Positions 49,409 to 58,990 of a stretch of DNA of 64,000 nt are shown here, piece after piece (position 1 is the stretch's first letter; every line of letters starts with the position of its first letter). The position numbers and the translations under genes were made by a program. Location of the stretch: NCBI GenBank assembly GCA_039190745.1, contig JBCCXZ010000005.1, positions 35,506 through 99,505 on the forward strand, given 5' to 3'. Source of the DNA: Planctomycetota bacterium. GTDB taxonomy: Bacteria; Planctomycetota; Planctomycetia; Pirellulales; Lacipirellulaceae. The notes under the pieces were generated by a model that was given only the letters and a program-made list of their open reading frames with translations, had not been told where the DNA came from and searched no databases.

Positions 49409-50866
49409 ATGTCAATAGGCAGAAGCGTCGGTCTAAACTATTCCGAGGACTCTCGCTTTATGGTCCTCATCCATGAGTGGGAGCAACTTGAGCAAGTCAT
49501 AGGTCGCCAAGAATCGTTCCGCGTAGAAATACGGAAATGGGGCGGCGCAATCTTCGGGGTCCTGATCGCGTCTATATCGGGAACCACGCCTGCCCTCGGC
49601 GGTCTGCCACGGTCTGACAACTACAGTTTGCAGGACCTTCTCAGCAGCCCCTGGCGCAACGTGCTCCTCGGCGGCCTCCTCTACCTGATTCTGTTCTATC
49701 TGGTAGAGCGCGTTTACATGATCGCGCAATCCACTGCGATCAAACGCAAACGAGAACTCGACCGCCTGCTGCGAGATCCCATGAGTCGCCTGATTGAGTA
49801 TGACGGCCCCTGTATCGGAGACCGCATCAAGGAGAGCTACAAGCTCACTAACGTCATCAGCACTATCTTCTTAGCCGGATTCCCACATACATTGCGTTTC
49901 ATTCAGAGAACTCTGCAACTGCAAGTTATTTATTTATGCCTAAACGCCGCCCGACTCGTTATTGCGTGTGTTCGGGCGACGCTGTCGGCGATCGCCTCCA
50001 GCTACTACCGCCGGCAGGCGCTCCGCGGGGTGTGGGGCGCTCTGCAGGATTGGGTGTCACGGAAAGAGAATACTTACAACAAAGCCGGCAAGAGTAGTGT
50101 AAGAACCCGTTTGGACCGATTCAGGGATAGCCGCGCGCGTTTCTACTTAAATGTTACCGAGAACGAGACGCTGACTCGTGTCGTTTCGTTCTACGCTGCG
50201 ATCTTGATAATCTTCGTCTTTGCTTGGCGGACCTACCCCTCCTATGCATTGCAGCAGGCCCCGCCCGCCCCGCGCACTGTCGCGTGCGCCTGTGAGGGCG
50301 AACCCCGCGGAACGTGCGGTGTTTGCTCCGGCCTCGACGCCTCGGCACGCTTTGATTTGGAAAGCCTCCACGCCAAGCTGGACACGAGCCTTTTGGCGAT
50401 CGACCGTTCCTCGCGGAATGTAGAAGCCCTCGCCAAGAACAGCCTCCGCCTGTTCCACTTCGATACAAGTGATCGGCAACCCTGGCTGGGCAACATCGAC
50501 CTCTCGAATTGCAGGATCGATTTGGGCAACATTGGCCTGCTCAACGTGGCCTGGGATGTCGTTGTCGAGCGGCTCGTCCTGGGCTTGGACGTGACCTATC
50601 GACGAGACCTTGTGCAGAATGATCAGAGCTTCAACATACAACTAACGCAGTTTTTCAAGCAGGATCAGCGGTTGGCCGTCGTCGCTGGCATCATCCAGAA
50701 GTCGCTGCATACAGCGTTCTGGCGACTCAATCAGCTGCAGGTTGCGGTAGATGCCTTGCTCTTAAAGCTCGAAGAGCATAGGCACGAACCGCAGCCAACC
50801 CCTCGATGTGGAGCGGGCTGTCCTAAGTGCAAAGGCTTCGGCTGCCACAAGCTAAGGCGGAAGTAG
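49409..50866 (+). CDS. Hypothetical membrane protein with Cys clusters (atypical composition; start uncertain)
   Basis: Long ORF with 4-5 hydrophobic segments; CACEGEPRGTCGVC and CGAGCPKCKGFGC; AT-richer codons than neighbours. Confidence 0.55.
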   Translation: MSIGRSVGLNYSEDSRFMVLIHEWEQLEQVIGRQESFRVEIRKWGGAIFGVLIASISGTTPALGGLPRSDNYSLQDLLSSPWRNVLLGGLLYLILFYLVERVYMIAQSTAIKRKRELDRLLRDPMSRLIEYDGPCIGDRIKESYKLTNVISTIFLAGFPHTLRFIQRTLQLQVIYLCLNAARLVIACVRATLSAIASSYYRRQALRGVWGALQDWVSRKENTYNKAGKSSVRTRLDRFRDSRARFYLNVTENETLTRVVSFYAAILIIFVFAWRTYPSYALQQAPPAPRTVACACEGEPRGTCGVCSGLDASARFDLESLHAKLDTSLLAIDRSSRNVEALAKNSLRLFHFDTSDRQPWLGNIDLSNCRIDLGNIGLLNVAWDVVVERLVLGLDVTYRRDLVQNDQSFNIQLTQFFKQDQRLAVVAGIIQKSLHTAFWRLNQLQVAVDALLLKLEEHRHEPQPTPRCGAGCPKCKGFGCHKLRRK

Positions 50867-50873
50867 ACCCGCC

Positions 50874-52556
50874 CTAGCCAGTTTTCTGCTTCGCCCAAGA
50901 GTCGCGCAGGGTGGCGGTTCGGTTGAACACCGGGGCGCCGGGTTTGGACTCGACCGGATCAACGCAGAAGTAGCCTGTGCGTTCGAACTGGAACGTGGCG
51001 CCCGCCTCGGCGTCGGCGAGCGAGGGTTCGAGCTTGGCCTCGACCACTTCCAGCGAGTTCGGGTTGAGGTTGTCGAGGAACGTGCCGCCCTCGGGCGCCT
51101 TGTCGGGGTTTTCAACGCCGAACAGGTGATCGTAGAGCCGCACCTCCGCCGTGAGGGCGTGGCTCGCAGAGACCCAGTGGATCGTGCCCTTCACCTTGCG
51201 GCTGGTGTCGGGGTCGAATGTGCAGCGGAGCTCGGTGACGTTGCCGGCTTCGTCTTTGATCACCTCTTCGCACTCGAGGATGCCCGCGTTGCGGAGCCGG
51301 ACGGCGCCGCCAGGCTTGAGGCGGAAGAACTTCTTGGGGGCTTCCTCCATGAAGTCGTCGCGCTCGATGTACAGCTCGCTCGAGAACGGCACTTTGCGCG
51401 AACCCATCGACTCGTCCTTGGGGTGGTTGGCCGCTTCGAATTCTTCGGTTTTGTCCGCCGGGTAGTTAGTGAGCACCACCTTCAGCGGCCGCAAGACGCC
51501 CATCGCTCGGGGGGCGTGCTCGTTAAGGTCTTCGCGCAGGGCGTCCTCCAACCAGGCCATGTCGATGGTGCTGTTGAATTTGGCCACACCGATCCGTTCG
51601 CAGAAGGCGCGGATCGCGCGGCTGGTGTACCCGCGGCGGCGGAGCCCGCGGATGGTGAGCATGCGGGGGTCGTCCCAACCGCTGACGTGGCCTTCGTCGA
51701 CCAGCTGCAGCAGCTTGCGTTTGCTCATCACCGCGTAGGTGAGGTTGAGCCGGGCGAACTCGATCTGCTGCGGGTGGTGGATGCCGAGCGACTCACAGAA
51801 CCAGTCGTACAGCGGCCGGTGGTTCTCGAACTCGAGCGTGCAGATCGAGTGGGTGATGCCTTCGATCGAGTCGCTCTGACCGTGTGTGAAGTCGTACGAC
51901 GGGTAGATGCACCACTTGTCGCCCGTGCGGTGGTGGTGGGCACGCTTGATCCGGTACATCACCGGGTCGCGGAGGTTGAGGTTGGGCGAAGCCATGTCGA
52001 TCTTGGCCCGGAGGGTCTTGGCGCCGTCGGGGAACTCGCCCGCCTTCATCCGCCCGAGCAGGTCGAGGTTCTCGTCGGGGGTGCGGGTGCGGAAGCAGCA
52101 CTCGCGGCCGGGCTCGGTGAGCGTGCCGCGGTGCTCGCGCATCTCTTCGGCGTTGAGGTCGCAGACGTAGGCGTTTCCGGCTTGGACGAGCTGAACGGCG
52201 TAGTCGTAGAGCTGGTCGAAGTAGTCGGAGGCGAAGAAGAGCCGGTCTTCCCAGTCGGCGCCGAGCCAGCGGACGTCGTCGACGATCGAGTCGACGTACT
52301 CCTGCTCTTCCTTGGCGGGGTTGGTGTCGTCGAACCGGAGGTTGAATTTGCCGCCGTACTCCACGGCGAGGCCGGAGTTGAGGCAGATGCTCTTGGCGTG
52401 GCCGATGTGCAGGTAGCCGTTAGGCTCGGGCGGGAACCTTGTGTGGACGCGCCCCTCGTGCTTCCCGGCTGCCCGGTCGGCGTCGATGATCTGCTGGATG
52501 AAGTGGCGACGCGCCGGTTCGTTGTCCGGGGGCGTTTCGGTGGGTTCTTTGGGCAT
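50874..52556 (-). CDS. glnS: Glutamine--tRNA ligase
   Basis: [77 protein letters not shown]. Confidence 0.97.
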   Translation of the reverse strand: MPKEPTETPPDNEPARRHFIQQIIDADRAAGKHEGRVHTRFPPEPNGYLHIGHAKSICLNSGLAVEYGGKFNLRFDDTNPAKEEQEYVDSIVDDVRWLGADWEDRLFFASDYFDQLYDYAVQLVQAGNAYVCDLNAEEMREHRGTLTEPGRECCFRTRTPDENLDLLGRMKAGEFPDGAKTLRAKIDMASPNLNLRDPVMYRIKRAHHHRTGDKWCIYPSYDFTHGQSDSIEGITHSICTLEFENHRPLYDWFCESLGIHHPQQIEFARLNLTYAVMSKRKLLQLVDEGHVSGWDDPRMLTIRGLRRRGYTSRAIRAFCERIGVAKFNSTIDMAWLEDALREDLNEHAPRAMGVLRPLKVVLTNYPADKTEEFEAANHPKDESMGSRKVPFSSELYIERDDFMEEAPKKFFRLKPGGAVRLRNAGILECEEVIKDEAGNVTELRCTFDPDTSRKVKGTIHWVSASHALTAEVRLYDHLFGVENPDKAPEGGTFLDNLNPNSLEVVEAKLEPSLADAEAGATFQFERTGYFCVDPVESKPGAPVFNRTATLRDSWAKQKTG

Positions 52557-52655
52557 GGCGGCGGGCCGGAAGAGCGCCGGGGTGGGGAGGCGTGGCACGG
52601 GCGAATCTAGCAGAAGCCCGCCCCCGTCAGTAGACCGACCGTCGACGCCACGGGT

Positions 52656-53384
52656 TCACTCGCCCGGGGCAGAACGCTCCTGATTGAGCATCCACTCGTA
52701 CAGCTCGGCGTGGTTGTAGGTTTCCGTCCACGAGTCGTGGCCGGTTTCGGGGTACTCGGTGTACTTCACCTCGGCGCCGACTTCCTTGAGGGCATTGACC
52801 ATGACCCTTGAGTTCCAGACACCGACCACTTCGTCCTTCTCGCCGTGGAACACCCAGAGGGGCATGTCTTTGATGAGGTCCGCCTTCTTCGGGACGGCCC
52901 ATCCGCAGATGGGGGCCGCAGCGGCGAAGAGGTCGGGCCGCTCGGCGATGAGGCGCCATGTGCCGAGGCCGCCCATGCTCAGCCCGGTGACGTAAACCCG
53001 GTCGGGGTCGACGGGCAGGGTCTTGAGCAGGTGCTCGGTGAGCGCCGCAGTGGCGTCGGGGTCCCACCACTCTTCGGCGGGCGCCTGCGGGGCGGCGATC
53101 ACCACGTCGAGCCCCATTTCGGCAACCTTCTTGTAGGGGCCGTGGATCTTCACCATGTCGAGGTCGTCGCCTTCTTCTCCTTTACCGTGCAGGAAAATGA
53201 TGAGCGGGTACGACTTGCTTGGGTCGTAGCCCTCGGGCTTCACAACTAGGTAGCGGTAGCCAACGGTTTTTGAAATCTGAGTCTCGAACGCTTCGGCGGT
53301 CTCTTCAGACATGGCGGCCTGCGGTAGCAATGCGGTGAGGGCCAGGAGCAGAAAGAAAGCAAAAAATGGAATCGGTGTTTTCAT
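52656..53384 (-). CDS. Secreted alpha/beta hydrolase (phospholipase/carboxylesterase or peptidase-like)
   Basis: YPLIIFLHG.GE.G, VYVTGLSMGG.GTW, WVFHGEKDEVV, YTEYPETGHDSW. Confidence 0.9.
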   Translation of the reverse strand: MKTPIPFFAFFLLLALTALLPQAAMSEETAEAFETQISKTVGYRYLVVKPEGYDPSKSYPLIIFLHGKGEEGDDLDMVKIHGPYKKVAEMGLDVVIAAPQAPAEEWWDPDATAALTEHLLKTLPVDPDRVYVTGLSMGGLGTWRLIAERPDLFAAAAPICGWAVPKKADLIKDMPLWVFHGEKDEVVGVWNSRVMVNALKEVGAEVKYTEYPETGHDSWTETYNHAELYEWMLNQERSAPGE

Positions 53385-53600
53385 GGTGGCAGCTCGGCGG
53401 AGATGAGAGGGTGTGGGGTCGGCACGGGGGAATGTACCAGAGAGCCGGGGCGGCGTTCCACTCGGATCGTGCAGGCTGCTGCTCTGTGTGGTTGGCCTGG
53501 GCGGCGGGTCGGGGAGGTTGGTACGGCGGCTGGCGGATGCTCTATTGGAGCGGCATTCACTTTAGTCCACTGCACACCCAATCCCGGAAGGGTCGCCCCA

Positions 53601-55220
53601 TTGAGTACGGCCGGCGATACGGTGACTTTCCGCCCCGAACTCGCCGTCGACCGCCGGCAGTGGTCGTGGTACCACCGGCATGCGCTGCTGCTGGTCGGGG
53701 TCTCGCCGATCTTGGCCAACATCATCGGCAGCGTTTTCAATATCCTCTACAACAAAACGCAGACCGACCCGCTGCTTTCCGCGGCGCAGCAGGACCGTTT
53801 CTACGACTGCTGGACGGTGTTCAACGTGCTGATCTACCCGGCGGCGGTGCTCGCGTGGGTGCTGCCGATCTGGTGGCTCCGCGGGTCGCACCGGAAGCTC
53901 ATCGACGGAATCCGCCCGCACCAAGACGTGCTGCAAAGGGCGCAGCGGTACGTGGTGAACCTGCCGTGGTGGATCTTCTCAATCGCGAGCGCTGCGTGGC
54001 TGCTGTGCGTGCCCGTGTTTTGGGCGGCGCTGAAGGCGTTGCCCGAGCCGCTGCCGGGTGAGGTTTCGTTGCACCTGACCCTGTCGTTTGTGATCGCCGG
54101 GATGATCGCGATCACACACAGTTTCTTTGTCACGGAGTTGGTGAGCCAGAAGGCGTTGTACCCAGTATTCTTCAGGCGGGAGAACCCGGCGCATGTTCCG
54201 GGGGCGTTGCCGCTTTCCATCACCGCGCGGGGCGTTCTTTGGGCGCTCTCGGGCGGGGTGTGCCCGCTGATCTCGCTGTTGCTGCTGCTGTTGGTGCCGC
54301 ACGACCCGCAGGACCTCCGATGGTTCGCGGTGGCGGTGGTGGTAGTGGCCACACTGTTTAACCTCGGCACGGCGTGGATGATCGGCAAGCTTGTGGCGAC
54401 GCCAGTGGCCCAACTCCGGCGGGCCTCGGCGCGGATCGCCGAGGGCGACTTGGACGTGCGGGTGAACCTGCTGCGGGCGGACGATTTTGGGCCGCTGATC
54501 GAGCGGTTCAACCTGATGGTCGAGGGCCTCCGCGACCGCGAGCAGCTGCAAGAAACCTTCGGCCGGCACGTCGGCGAGGAGGCGGCGCAGCAGATCCTCG
54601 CCCACGGCGGGGGGCTGAGCGGAGCCGAGCAGCACATCACCGCGATGTTTGTCGACGTGCGGAACTTCACCGAGCACTCCGAGCGGCACACGCCCGAGGA
54701 GGTCGTGTCGGCGCTAAACATCTTCTTCCGCGACGCGGTCGAGACGATCGAGGCCCACGGGGGGATGGTCAACAAGTTTCTGGGCGACGGGTTTATGGCG
54801 CTGTTCGGGATCGGTAGCCGGGCGGAAGGGCACGCCCGACGGGCGGTCGAGGCAGGGCTCGAATTGCTTTGCTGCCTGGAAGACGCGGCCGAAGAACTGG
54901 AACGGGCCGGCTGGCCGGGGCTAGCGATCGGCATCGGCGTGAACACCGGGCCGGCGATCGTGGGCAGTATCGGCTCGCCGAAGCGGCTGGAGTACACGGC
55001 GATCGGCGACACGGTCAATGTGGCAGCCCGGGTGGAGGCGCTCACCAAGCACGTGGGCCGTCCGCTGGTAGTGACCGAATCGACCCACGCCGAGCTGCCC
55101 GTCTGCGTGCAGGCCGAGGAGCTTCCGCCGCAGCCGGTGAAGGGCAAGGGGCTGCCGCTACGGGTGTTTGCGGTGACGGGATCGTCGCCGGCTGCGGCCG
55201 AGAAAGTTGCGGACTGCTAG
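53601..55220 (+). CDS. Membrane-bound class III adenylate/guanylate cyclase with HAMP domain (start uncertain)
   Basis: About 6 TM segments; HAMP (PVAQL..A..RIAEGDL..DDFG.L..FN.M); MFVDVRNFT, VNKFLGDGFMA, EYTAIGDTVNVAARVE, VKGK. The Lys in NKFLGD and Thr in EYT fit ATP specificity. Confidence 0.92.
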   Translation: MSTAGDTVTFRPELAVDRRQWSWYHRHALLLVGVSPILANIIGSVFNILYNKTQTDPLLSAAQQDRFYDCWTVFNVLIYPAAVLAWVLPIWWLRGSHRKLIDGIRPHQDVLQRAQRYVVNLPWWIFSIASAAWLLCVPVFWAALKALPEPLPGEVSLHLTLSFVIAGMIAITHSFFVTELVSQKALYPVFFRRENPAHVPGALPLSITARGVLWALSGGVCPLISLLLLLLVPHDPQDLRWFAVAVVVVATLFNLGTAWMIGKLVATPVAQLRRASARIAEGDLDVRVNLLRADDFGPLIERFNLMVEGLRDREQLQETFGRHVGEEAAQQILAHGGGLSGAEQHITAMFVDVRNFTEHSERHTPEEVVSALNIFFRDAVETIEAHGGMVNKFLGDGFMALFGIGSRAEGHARRAVEAGLELLCCLEDAAEELERAGWPGLAIGIGVNTGPAIVGSIGSPKRLEYTAIGDTVNVAARVEALTKHVGRPLVVTESTHAELPVCVQAEELPPQPVKGKGLPLRVFAVTGSSPAAAEKVADC

Positions 55221-55391
55221 CGTCCCTGTGCCACAGGCAATTGCGTTTGCCGAAGCCTGAGGGGGAGCGCGACCGGCATATCTTCTCCAAGCGGTGCTTG
55301 CGGAAAAACGCGGGCAATTCCGCCGACCGACGCCGCCAAGGCCCGATGCGTACCCCAAGAGGTTGGGATTGCGCACCCTGAATCGGTCGTC

Positions 55392-56735
55392 ATGCATCTG
55401 CGGCATCTTGCTATCGTCGGGCTTCTCGGGCTGCTGCCGTCTGTGATGGGATGCAGCTGCCCGTCCTCGTGCCGCGTGCCGTGCACGCCGTCGGCGCCGT
55501 GCGCCTTCGACGCGGTGAAACAGGAAGAACTGCCGCCGGACTTCGTGCAGCTGGTCTCCGCCTCGGCCGAAGGGGTGGAGCTGGCCGAGATGCCGGCGCC
55601 GGACGAGTCGTTCCGCCCGCTGGAGGCCGCCGACGCCCAGTGCTACGCGGCGACCAACAGCAACCTCGCGAACATGGTGATGCTCGAGCGGCACTGGGCC
55701 AAGATTATGGTCGAGTGCGACACGCGGATCGTCGGCGAGAACCTCTGCCTGTTCCGCGACGGCTTTGCCCTGCGGGCCTCGAACATGCGGAACGAGGCGG
55801 CGGCCGCAGCGCTTGAGACGTTCTATCAGCTTGCCGGGCTGGAGGCCCGCGGTCGGGTGCTCTCCGCGGGGCTCGCCCAAGCGGAGCAAAGCCTGGAGCG
55901 GATCGACCGGCTCGAAGCGCAGGGCCTCGATGTGCCCGAGGAGATTCGGCGGCCGGAGATCGCCGCCGAGGTGCAGCGGCTCCGCGACAACCTGACGCAG
56001 CTGGACTACCAGCGGCTCTTGCTGAACGGCAAGCTGCAGAAACTCGTCGGGTGCCCGATCGACGAGACGGCGTTCTTCTGGCCGTTGGTTGACTGGTCGC
56101 CGGACCTGGCGCCGGTAGACGCCGACCTGGAAGTGCAGACAGGCCTCGAGCAGCGGACCGACCTGCGGGCCCTGCAACTAGTGCTTTGCCGGTTGGAGAA
56201 GGTGACGCTTCCGGTGGCACGGGCGCTGCTGGGCTCAGCCGACGCGACGCTGGGCGCGGTCGAACCGCGCGAAGGTCTGCGTCACTGGCTTCGGTGCATG
56301 AAGTGCACCGACGCAGAAGTGCCGATCCGCTGCCGTCAGCTTGCACTGCTGTACGACGAGAAGGAAGCACTCGCCATCGGCGAGATCAAGTCGGCTGTCT
56401 ACGCGGTGACGATGCACCAAGAGCGGGTGGCCCTAGCGACCGAAGCGGTGCTCGACCGGCAGGCGCAGCTGCAGGAGTTGGAGGGCCGCCGCGACGTGGA
56501 CAACGTCGTGGTGTTCGAGATGACCCGCAGCCGCGGCGACCTCTTGCAGGCGGAGTCAGACCTCATCGCCCGGCTGACCGACCTGAAGGTCGCTCGGATC
56601 GAGCTGAAGCGTGCCCGCGCCGACCTGGCCCGCGAGTGCGGCCACGCCGCGGTGCTCTGCTGCGAGGGCCCCTGCTGCGGCGAGTGCGTGCGGTGCACCA
56701 AGCGGCCGAAGAGCGAAGGCTGCCGGTGTAAGTGA
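55392..56735 (+). CDS. Putative lipoprotein with TolC-like helical core and Cys-rich termini
   Basis: Lipobox-like VMG-C; long amphipathic helices with an R.DL motif (EQRTDLRAL) as in outer-membrane efflux proteins; multiple Cys at both ends. Confidence 0.55.
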   Translation: MHLRHLAIVGLLGLLPSVMGCSCPSSCRVPCTPSAPCAFDAVKQEELPPDFVQLVSASAEGVELAEMPAPDESFRPLEAADAQCYAATNSNLANMVMLERHWAKIMVECDTRIVGENLCLFRDGFALRASNMRNEAAAAALETFYQLAGLEARGRVLSAGLAQAEQSLERIDRLEAQGLDVPEEIRRPEIAAEVQRLRDNLTQLDYQRLLLNGKLQKLVGCPIDETAFFWPLVDWSPDLAPVDADLEVQTGLEQRTDLRALQLVLCRLEKVTLPVARALLGSADATLGAVEPREGLRHWLRCMKCTDAEVPIRCRQLALLYDEKEALAIGEIKSAVYAVTMHQERVALATEAVLDRQAQLQELEGRRDVDNVVVFEMTRSRGDLLQAESDLIARLTDLKVARIELKRARADLARECGHAAVLCCEGPCCGECVRCTKRPKSEGCRCK

Positions 56736-57176
56736 GGCGTTCCGCCTTCGCTTGTTACTCGATCTGCCCGGGGTGGTGCCTTTGGGAATCCCTCGGAGTG
56801 GATCCTTCCGGCAATGAAGCGGTCTCTCTTGCTTCACGCCGATTCCGGGTTGGACATCGCGATTGTCAGCTTCGGGGCGCCTGATGCGTCGGTCCGCCAA
56901 CTACTGCAGAACCGGGTCTCAGCGATCCGTCCGAGAGATTAAAGCGGGGCTGAGCCGTCCGTTGCCCCGATGGATTCCTGGCTTTCCGCCGCCTGAGATT
57001 GCAAGTGTCCAGGATGGAACTGCGGGGCAACCGTACCGTTGTGTTGGACGTTTTCTGGGCTCGTCTAGCTGCGGCCTGAGCTGCCAAAACCCTTTCTCTG
57101 CAGTGTCTAACCGACTTCTCTGAACCGGCGTTTCCACGCGATTGGCGGCCCCAAAAGAGAAAAGCTGGAAATTAAC

Positions 57177-57206
57177 TTGCTTACATAATAGTTATTATCT
57201 AAACTA
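57177..57206 (+). promoter_or_regulatory. Sigma-70 promoter with overlapping TAGTT-N8-AACTA inverted repeat (probable MarR operator)
   Basis: TTGCTT (57177-57182), 17 bp, TAAACT (57200-57205); TAGTT (57189-57193) and AACTA (57202-57206). Confidence 0.6.
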
Positions 57207-57237
57207 ATTGGCGTGAGACATCCCCGGAGACTTAAAG

Positions 57238-57735
57238 ATGGCCGGAAAGCTCGAAGACCAACTTAAAAAGAAGAGGGGTTTTGCCTCGGCCCAGCAGGCC
57301 GTGGTTGTTGGCATGCTGCGGACGAACGACATGTTTCAATACCGGTTTGGCCAGCTGTTCCGGAGCTTTGAATTAACACAGCCGCAATACAACGTGTTGA
57401 CCATTCTTCGTGGCGAAGGAAAACCGCTGCCCATCCTGGAGATCCGCGAGCGGTTGGTCGCCCGCACGGCTGCGATTACCGGGTTGGTTGACAAGCTGGT
57501 CCGCGGGGGTCTAGTAGACCGCGAGCAATGCAGCGACGACCGCCGGGTTTGGTACGTGAGCCTTACCGAGGCCGGCCAAGAGCTCGTTGCACGCATGGAC
57601 GACTCCGTTATGAAACTGCACAAAGACCTGTGCCGAGGACTCTCCACAACGGAGTGTAAACAGCTTGCCGAGCTCATGGAGCGAGCCCGCGAGGGCGCGG
57701 CGTCAGAAGATAAACCGTCTGTAAGAGTTCAATGA
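57238..57735 (+). CDS. MarR family transcriptional regulator
   Basis: LTQPQYNVL.ILRG, ITGLVDKL...GLV.R....DRRV..V.LT..G. Confidence 0.93.
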   Translation: MAGKLEDQLKKKRGFASAQQAVVVGMLRTNDMFQYRFGQLFRSFELTQPQYNVLTILRGEGKPLPILEIRERLVARTAAITGLVDKLVRGGLVDREQCSDDRRVWYVSLTEAGQELVARMDDSVMKLHKDLCRGLSTTECKQLAELMERAREGAASEDKPSVRVQ

Positions 57736-57805
57736 TTTCACGTTGCACGAATACTACTTGTGATTGATTCACAGTAACACCATATCCGAGAAAGGTGGGA
57801 TCACT

Positions 57806-58936
57806 ATGACCACTTCAAACAAAGACCGTTCACCGCTGCTCGACCCGATTCAACTCGGGGCAGTCCAACTCCGCAACCGGGTGGCAATGGCGCCGATGAC
57901 CCGCTCGCGGGCGGGCGAAGAAGGCATGCCCAACGCGATGATGGCGGAGTACTACCGCCAGCGGGCATCGGCAGGCCTGATTATCACCGAAGCCACGTCC
58001 ATCTCCGACGAAGGCCGGGGCTGGCTCAACACGCCGCGGATCGAAAACCAAGAACACGTCGAGGCGTGGAAGCCTATCGTCGACACCATCCACGAGGAGG
58101 GGGGGACGGTCTTCATGCAGCTGTGGCACACGGGGCGTGCCTCGCACAGCAGTTTCCACGCGGGCGGGGCCCTGCCGGTTGCGGCGTCGGCGGTAAAGCA
58201 CCGGGGCAAATACATCCACACCCCCAATGGCAAGCAAGACTACGAGGTCCCTCGCGCACTGGAGACTGGCGAGATCCCCCGGGTGGTCGACGACTACGCG
58301 AAGGCTGCCGAGCGCGCGAAACAAGCCGGATTCGACGGGGTCGAGATCCACGCCGCCAACGGCTACCTCATCGACACATTCCTCCAGTCGCACACCAACC
58401 AGCGTGAAGACGCCTACGGCGGGAGCCTGGAGAACCGCTTCCGCTTCCTCGGCGAGGTTACCGAGGCGGTCTCTTCGGTTTTCAACGCCGACCGCGTGGG
58501 CGTCCGCCTGGGGCCGAACACCAACTACAACGACATGGGGGCCCCCGACTACCGCGAGGCGTTCCTCTACTTCGCGAAAAGCCTCGATCCGGTCGGCCTC
58601 GCTTACCTGCATGTGCTCGACGGGACCTCGTTCGGGTGGCACGACCTTGGCGAGCCGGTAGCGCTCGACGAAGTCCGGGCCGTCTATGGGGGCCTTATGA
58701 TGGGCAACACCGGCTACGACCAGGCCGCTGCCGAGAAAGCCCTCCGAGCAGGGTCTGCGGACATGATTGCCTTCGGCCGCCCGTTTATCACCAACCCCGA
58801 CTTGGTCGACCGGTTCGCCAACCACTGGCCACTTGCCGCTATGCCGGAGACAAGTATCTGGTACTCATCCGGCAGCGAGGGTTACACCGACTTCCCCCGC
58901 TACCAAGACCCGGCCGCCGAGCCGGTAAGCAGCTGA
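57806..58936 (+). CDS. Alkene reductase, classical Old Yellow Enzyme (NemA/XenB-like)
   Basis: NRVAMAPMTRSRA, YYRQRASAGLIITEAT, QLWHTGR, GFDGVEIHAANGYLIDTFL, FGRPFITNPDL, GYTDFP. Confidence 0.95.
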   Translation: MTTSNKDRSPLLDPIQLGAVQLRNRVAMAPMTRSRAGEEGMPNAMMAEYYRQRASAGLIITEATSISDEGRGWLNTPRIENQEHVEAWKPIVDTIHEEGGTVFMQLWHTGRASHSSFHAGGALPVAASAVKHRGKYIHTPNGKQDYEVPRALETGEIPRVVDDYAKAAERAKQAGFDGVEIHAANGYLIDTFLQSHTNQREDAYGGSLENRFRFLGEVTEAVSSVFNADRVGVRLGPNTNYNDMGAPDYREAFLYFAKSLDPVGLAYLHVLDGTSFGWHDLGEPVALDEVRAVYGGLMMGNTGYDQAAAEKALRAGSADMIAFGRPFITNPDLVDRFANHWPLAAMPETSIWYSSGSEGYTDFPRYQDPAAEPVSS

Positions 58937-58990
58937 ACCGGTCGGCGCGGGTCAGCCGCTGAAGGAATCCGAAGCACGAGGAACCACAGC

